This document shows, piece by piece, positions 59,401-64,000 of a stretch of 64,000 bases of DNA. The notes under the pieces were generated by a model, which was not told the origin of the DNA, did no database searches, and was given only the letters and a program-made list of their open reading frames with translations. Position numbers and translations under genes: made by a program. This stretch comes from Gracilinanus agilis (taxonomy: Eukaryota), in assembly GCF_016433145.1 (NCBI RefSeq), contig NC_058133.1, forward strand, positions 32,273,251 to 32,337,250, read 5' to 3'. Each line of letters starts with the position of its first letter. Position 1 is the stretch's first letter.

Positions 59401-62400
59401 CCTGCGCCAGTACTTCACCAATGCTGGTCTTGGTCATAGCCTCAGGCCTTTTCCAGTCCCTGCACACTGGAACACCCCCAGCCCTTGATCCTGGTGCCCA
59501 CAGAACTGTCTGTCCATCCGTCTCCCAGTGCTGACCTGAAGAAGAAAGATGACTCGCTGTGACCACTTCTTGGATTTTCCTAATCCCCTGGGGGAGAACT
59601 TAGGTCAGGAGCTGAGCCGTACTTCCTGTCCTCGGCCCTCTTGGCCTCATTCTCCTCCTTTTCTCAAGCAGCTCTTTATTCTCCTTAAGTACCTGGAGAG
59701 GCAGAGGCAGTCCTCCGATCCCGATCCTAGCCCTTTTCTGGAAGCGTAGGCCCACCCTTCATGCCCACCAGCAGCTCCCAGGCCGCATGTTCTTTCGTTC
59801 AGCCCCTGCAGCCTTCTTCTCTTCCAGACTCGGTGGCAATAAGGACTTCTGGGTAGTAGCTGCCGTGGCGCATTGCCTGTTGGCTCCACCCACCAGCACC
59901 CCACTAGAATGTAAGTTTCCCGAGTAAGTCTTCTGAGTTTTGACGCCCTCCCCCCCCCGGCCGTGGCACAGAGCGGGTACTCATATGTCTTCTCTCCATG
60001 CACCCAGCTCCAGGCCTGGTGAGCAGCTGTCCATAAGAGGCCAGCTCTGTGCCACGTTGAACAGGCAGCTTTGGACGTCTCTGGGGCCCTGTGTGCTTTG
60101 GGGAGCCCAGCACAGCTCCCCACCCAAAGGGCAGCCGGCATTACATGGATAAGCACCTGCTCTAGGCATTAAAAAAAGCCTTCAGGGAGCTTCCCTGTGC
60201 TTGGCATAGGTGTGAGGGGAGAGGGGGCGAGACACCCATGGACGCAGGATCCTTGTCTGCGGCGGGAGGGGCGGGATGCTGAGCGCTGGCGGCCAGAGAA
60301 GCCTGAAGGCCATCCCTGCCGGCCTCGGTGGAGAAGAGAGTGCCCGGCAAGCTTCTTGGCCATTACTTTGTGGGCCCACAGTGAGGAGGCCTGAGGGGAG
60401 ATCCTGCTTCCAGGGTTTTCTAGCTGAGCCTTAAGTGTCCTCACCTGTCAAATGGGGATCGTTGTACTGTCTGCCTCACAGGGTGGTTCTGAGAAAAGTT
60501 CTTCCTTAAACCTCAAAGTGCTCATTAATGAGTCATTTATTTGTGCTTTTTCTCAGGGCCTCAATCAGGGGGAGTGGAAGGTATTGACTTGGGAACAGTA
60601 GCCATAAGGACTTGGGGAGGCGGCAGCACCCTTGACCATCCTTACTGGGGCCCCGGGCTCTGGTGTGGCTTGGAGTTGACACGTCTCCCATTGGGGCGGC
60701 AGATAGAGCCCTGGGCTGGAGCCAAGATCTGAGTTCAAATGTGGCCTCAGACATTACTAACTGTGACTCTAGGAAAGTCCCTTAGCCACCTCTGTTTGCT
60801 CAGTTGTAAAGTAGGGATAATAGGAGCCGTCCCCCCCAGGGGGTCGTCAGAACAAAAGAGATATCTGTAAAGCGCCCAGCACAGTGCTTGGCCCCCACAG
60901 GCAGGGCCCTATAAATGCCGGCCTCTCTCCTGCAGGCCTCGGCTCCAACATCTTCCACCTGCTGGAAGGTTTGCAGGTCCTCTCGGCCCAGGCCAGCTGC
61001 AGCCTCCGCTCCCTCCACTTCACGGACCTCTTCTCCCCGCTGTCTGTGCTGGAGCTGGCCCACAGCACCCTCAGGGTCCTGCCCAGGCTGCACAGCCTCG
61101 CCATCCGGATTGACCACCTGAGCCCAGACGACAGCCCCAGAGGCCCCGGGAAGCCCAGCCCTGGGTCTGAGAACGAGGAGATTCCAGGTAAGGGAGGTAT
61201 GAGAGGGATCAGGCAGGCCGGGAGCCTCGGGGACAAGTCGGGCGAATCGGCGTCCGCTGCCCTCCGGGGAGCCACCTAATGTTAAGTGTTGGACGTCGCT
61301 GGAGAAACCTTGGCAGGCCTCTGAGGTGCTCTTGGGGTGAGGGACCCTGGACAGGAGGAGGCCCCCTCGGAGCTGCTCAGACCCCATGATCATCCTTCAG
61401 TCTGGCCTGGGGAGACCCTGGGGGAGGGCAGAGGCTGCTGGCTGCGGCTTCCACCCTTCCTCTTCCCTGCAGAGAACTGCCTGGAGCAGCTGGAGCTGGG
61501 CTTTCCCCGCAAGCCGCAGGCCAGCACGTGCCTGTGCCGGGTCCTGGAGGCGTCCCCGGCCTTGCAACAACTGGCCCTGGACAACGCCACCTTCACCTCT
61601 CCCCGGGAGCTGGAGCTGGTGCTGCAGGCGCTGCGAGGTATCGCCTCCTCCGGGAGGGCGGGGGGCCGGGGACCCACGGGGGGCGGCCCCACTCAGGCCC
61701 GTGGGCCGCTGTCTTCTCCCTCTGCCTCCCAGAATGCAACCCAGCCTTGCAAAAGCTGAGTCTGCACGACATGAACCTTGCCGACTGCCAGAAGGAGGTG
61801 CTCCTGCTGTTCCAGGACCCCACTCTTCGAGGTGAGCCCCGGGGAGCCTGGCGTCCGGATTGGGGGTTCAGACCCTCCTGACCCTGGGCTGAGTCACCCT
61901 CTTGGTCCCTCCAATCTCCCCTCCGTGAAGCCACGGCCTGACACACGGTGTCTCCCGCAGAGCTCACCCTGTCCTTCTGCCGGCTGCTCGAGAAGCGCCG
62001 GACCCACTTTCTGCCCAAGCTGGTCACGGCCTTGAAGAGCAACTCGACCCTGAAGAGCTTCCGGCTGCCCGGGAACCGCCTTGGTGGGTACAGGGGGGCC
62101 GGCCGGGGCTGACCGAGGGGGGGCCGGGCAGCTTGGCTTCCTAGCTGACCGGCCTCTCCTTCCCCAGGGAGCTCCGGCCTCGTGGCGCTGGCGGAAATCT
62201 TCTCCAGCGATTCCTCCTCCGCCCTCTGCCAGCTGGACATCAGGTAGGCGGGAGGGGGAAGGGAGGTGGAAGGGAGGGGGAAGCGGCCCCAAGTCCCCTC
62301 CCCCCCTCCCCGGGCCTCCCCCCGACTCCAGCCCTCTCCTCCCGGCCCAGCTCGAACTGCATCAAGCCGGACGGGCTCCTGGAATTCGCCAAGCAGCTGG

Positions 62401-62576
62401 AGCAGAGCCGCTCGGACCGGGGGACCTTCGGCCACCTCTGCCTCTTCCAGAACTGGCTGGACCAGGACCCCAGCGTGACTCAGGAGGCCCTCGGCCGGCT
62501 GCGGACCACGTTCAGCGTGGTCAGCGACACGTGGGACTCGTCCCAGGCCTTCGCCGACTACGTCAGTGTCATGTGA
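50265..62576 (+). CDS. LRRC41: LRRC41 (MUF1), LRR/BC-box E3-ligase substrate receptor, 781 aa; join(50265-50460, 54078-54164, 54433-54503, 55507-56557, 60936-61187, 61473-61637, 61733-61831, 61961-62083, 62168-62243, 62351-62576)
   Basis: 2346-nt open frame with all introns GT-AG and consistent phases. BC-box-like [11 protein letters not shown]; C-terminus [13 protein letters not shown]. Confidence 0.97.
50501..50609. promoter_or_regulatory. Cluster of three RFX X-box palindromes
   Basis: GTTCCTATGGAAAC at 50501-50514, GTTTCCATGGAAAC at 50541-50554, GTTGCCATGGAAAC at 50596-50609. Confidence 0.75.
51099..51430 (-). mobile_element. SINE1_Mdo-like SINE pieces
   Basis: Tail and CORE at 51099-51248; head at 51355-51430. 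Confidence 0.75.
51520..53480 (+). mobile_element. Long L2 ORF fragment (endonuclease onward), interrupted by an L1 3' end
   Basis: [23 protein letters not shown] is an L2 endonuclease motif; the sequence is pyrimidine-rich. Confidence 0.8.
51985..52305 (-). mobile_element. L1 3' UTR fragment
   Basis: Similar to the L1 3' UTR at 6600-6950. Confidence 0.75.
54078..54164 (+). CDS. LRRC41: LRRC41 exon 2 (87 nt)
   Basis: [29 protein letters not shown]. Confidence 0.96.
54433..54503 (+). CDS. LRRC41: LRRC41 exon 3 (71 nt)
   Basis: [24 protein letters not shown]. Confidence 0.95.
55507..56557 (+). CDS. LRRC41: LRRC41 exon 4 (1051 nt)
   Basis: [20 protein letters not shown]...[13 protein letters not shown]|gtaagg. 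Confidence 0.97.
59211..59426 (+). mobile_element. hAT MITE, copy 2 (same family as 2819-3040)
   Basis: Perfect 14-bp TIR CAGCATTGGTGAAG; TSD GTCTAGGT/GTCTTGGT matches at 7/8. Confidence 0.9.
60936..61187 (+). CDS. LRRC41: LRRC41 exon 5 (252 nt)
   Basis: [13 protein letters not shown]...ENEEIP. Confidence 0.96.
61473..61637 (+). CDS. LRRC41: LRRC41 exon 6 (165 nt)
   Basis: [13 protein letters not shown]...VLQALR. Confidence 0.96.
61733..61831 (+). CDS. LRRC41: LRRC41 exon 7 (99 nt)
   Basis: [33 protein letters not shown]. Confidence 0.96.
61961..62083 (+). CDS. LRRC41: LRRC41 exon 8 (123 nt)
   Basis: [13 protein letters not shown]...FRLPGNRL. Confidence 0.96.
62168..62243 (+). CDS. LRRC41: LRRC41 exon 9 (76 nt)
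   Basis: [25 protein letters not shown]. Confidence 0.96.
62351..62576 (+). CDS. LRRC41: LRRC41 exon 10 (226 nt, stop TGA)
   Basis: [15 protein letters not shown]...AFADYVSVM*. Confidence 0.97.
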
Positions 62577-62730
62577 TTGTGTGTGACCCTCCCCAGACAC
62601 GAGAGCCCCGCAGGATTCCAGCCACGCTCCCCACTCCAGCCCCTGCCCCGCCAGGCCAGGGAAAGAGGAGGCAGGTGGCCAGCCCTCCCCCCAACCCCCA
62701 CCCCCGACTCCACTCTCAGTTTTTAATGCC

Positions 62731-62736
62731 TTTATT
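62731..62736 (-). terminator. RAD54L: RAD54L polyadenylation signal AATAAA
   Basis: About 240 nt after the stop; a backup ATTAAA lies near 62722-62727. Confidence 0.75.
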
Positions 62737-62763
62737 CCTTTGTGCCTTTTTTACGTTTTTAAA

Positions 62764-62769
62764 AATAAA
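62764..62769 (+). terminator. LRRC41: LRRC41 polyadenylation signal AATAAA
   Basis: About 190 nt after the stop, with GU-rich sequence downstream. Confidence 0.8.
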
Positions 62770-62973
62770 AGTCTGTTCTGCGGATCTCTGGATCTCCGGC
62801 TCCTGGTGTGGCCGCTACAGGGGTGGGCAGCGGCGGCAGGAGCGCTCTGGGCCGGACACCTGTGGCTCTCTGTGGCTCTCTGCGGCGAGCACAGGCTTCC
62901 TCTGCAGACCCGCCTTGGGGGCGGCTCAGTGGGCCAGACCTGAGCCGAGCTGAGCCAGGTCCAGCCTCAGGGC

Positions 62974-63999
<1,026 letters not shown>

Positions 64000-64000
64000 G

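Noticed and set aside
62860-62886. 10-bp tandem repeat CTGTGGCTCT in the RAD54L 3' UTR, plus microsatellites at 23969-23984 and 58848-58866
   Set aside because: Short slippage repeats with no evidence of function.
61593-62953. Long ORFs of 335 aa (-) and 290 aa (+)
   Set aside because: Expected from stop-codon scarcity at very high GC; they overlap real LRRC41 exons in other frames or on the other strand.

Overview
This is eukaryotic (marsupial) genomic DNA, most likely a didelphid opossum such as Monodelphis. That inference rests on abundant SINE1_Mdo-like and MAR1-like SINEs and marsupial L1 3' ends. The right half holds the conserved vertebrate gene block NSUN4 (-, 6 coding exons, 394 aa), UQCRH (-, 4 exons, 90 aa), LRRC41 (+, 10 exons, 781 aa) and the last four exons of RAD54L (-). 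I traced every exon by hand to GT/AG boundaries with consistent phases. UQCRH and LRRC41 share a ~390-bp bidirectional CpG promoter, and the 3' ends of LRRC41 and RAD54L appear to overlap. The left 30 kb is mostly transposon debris: L1, L2, about six solo ERV LTRs, hAT MITEs, a Charlie transposase relic and SINEs, plus a 291-N gap. At the far left is a CpG-rich promoter/first exon of an unassigned minus-strand gene; FAAH is expected there by synteny but its exon-1 peptide is not recognisable. I found no new biological system, and there are no CRISPR, rRNA or tRNA genes. The best leads are regulatory: three RFX X-box palindromes in LRRC41 intron 1, a phase-compatible UQCRH-NSUN4 read-through, a rare GAG acceptor in UQCRH, head-to-head LTR pairs, and a candidate poison exon and mirtron-like introns in LRRC41. 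Repeat family names and human comparisons come from memory and need database confirmation; many repeat boundaries are approximate.
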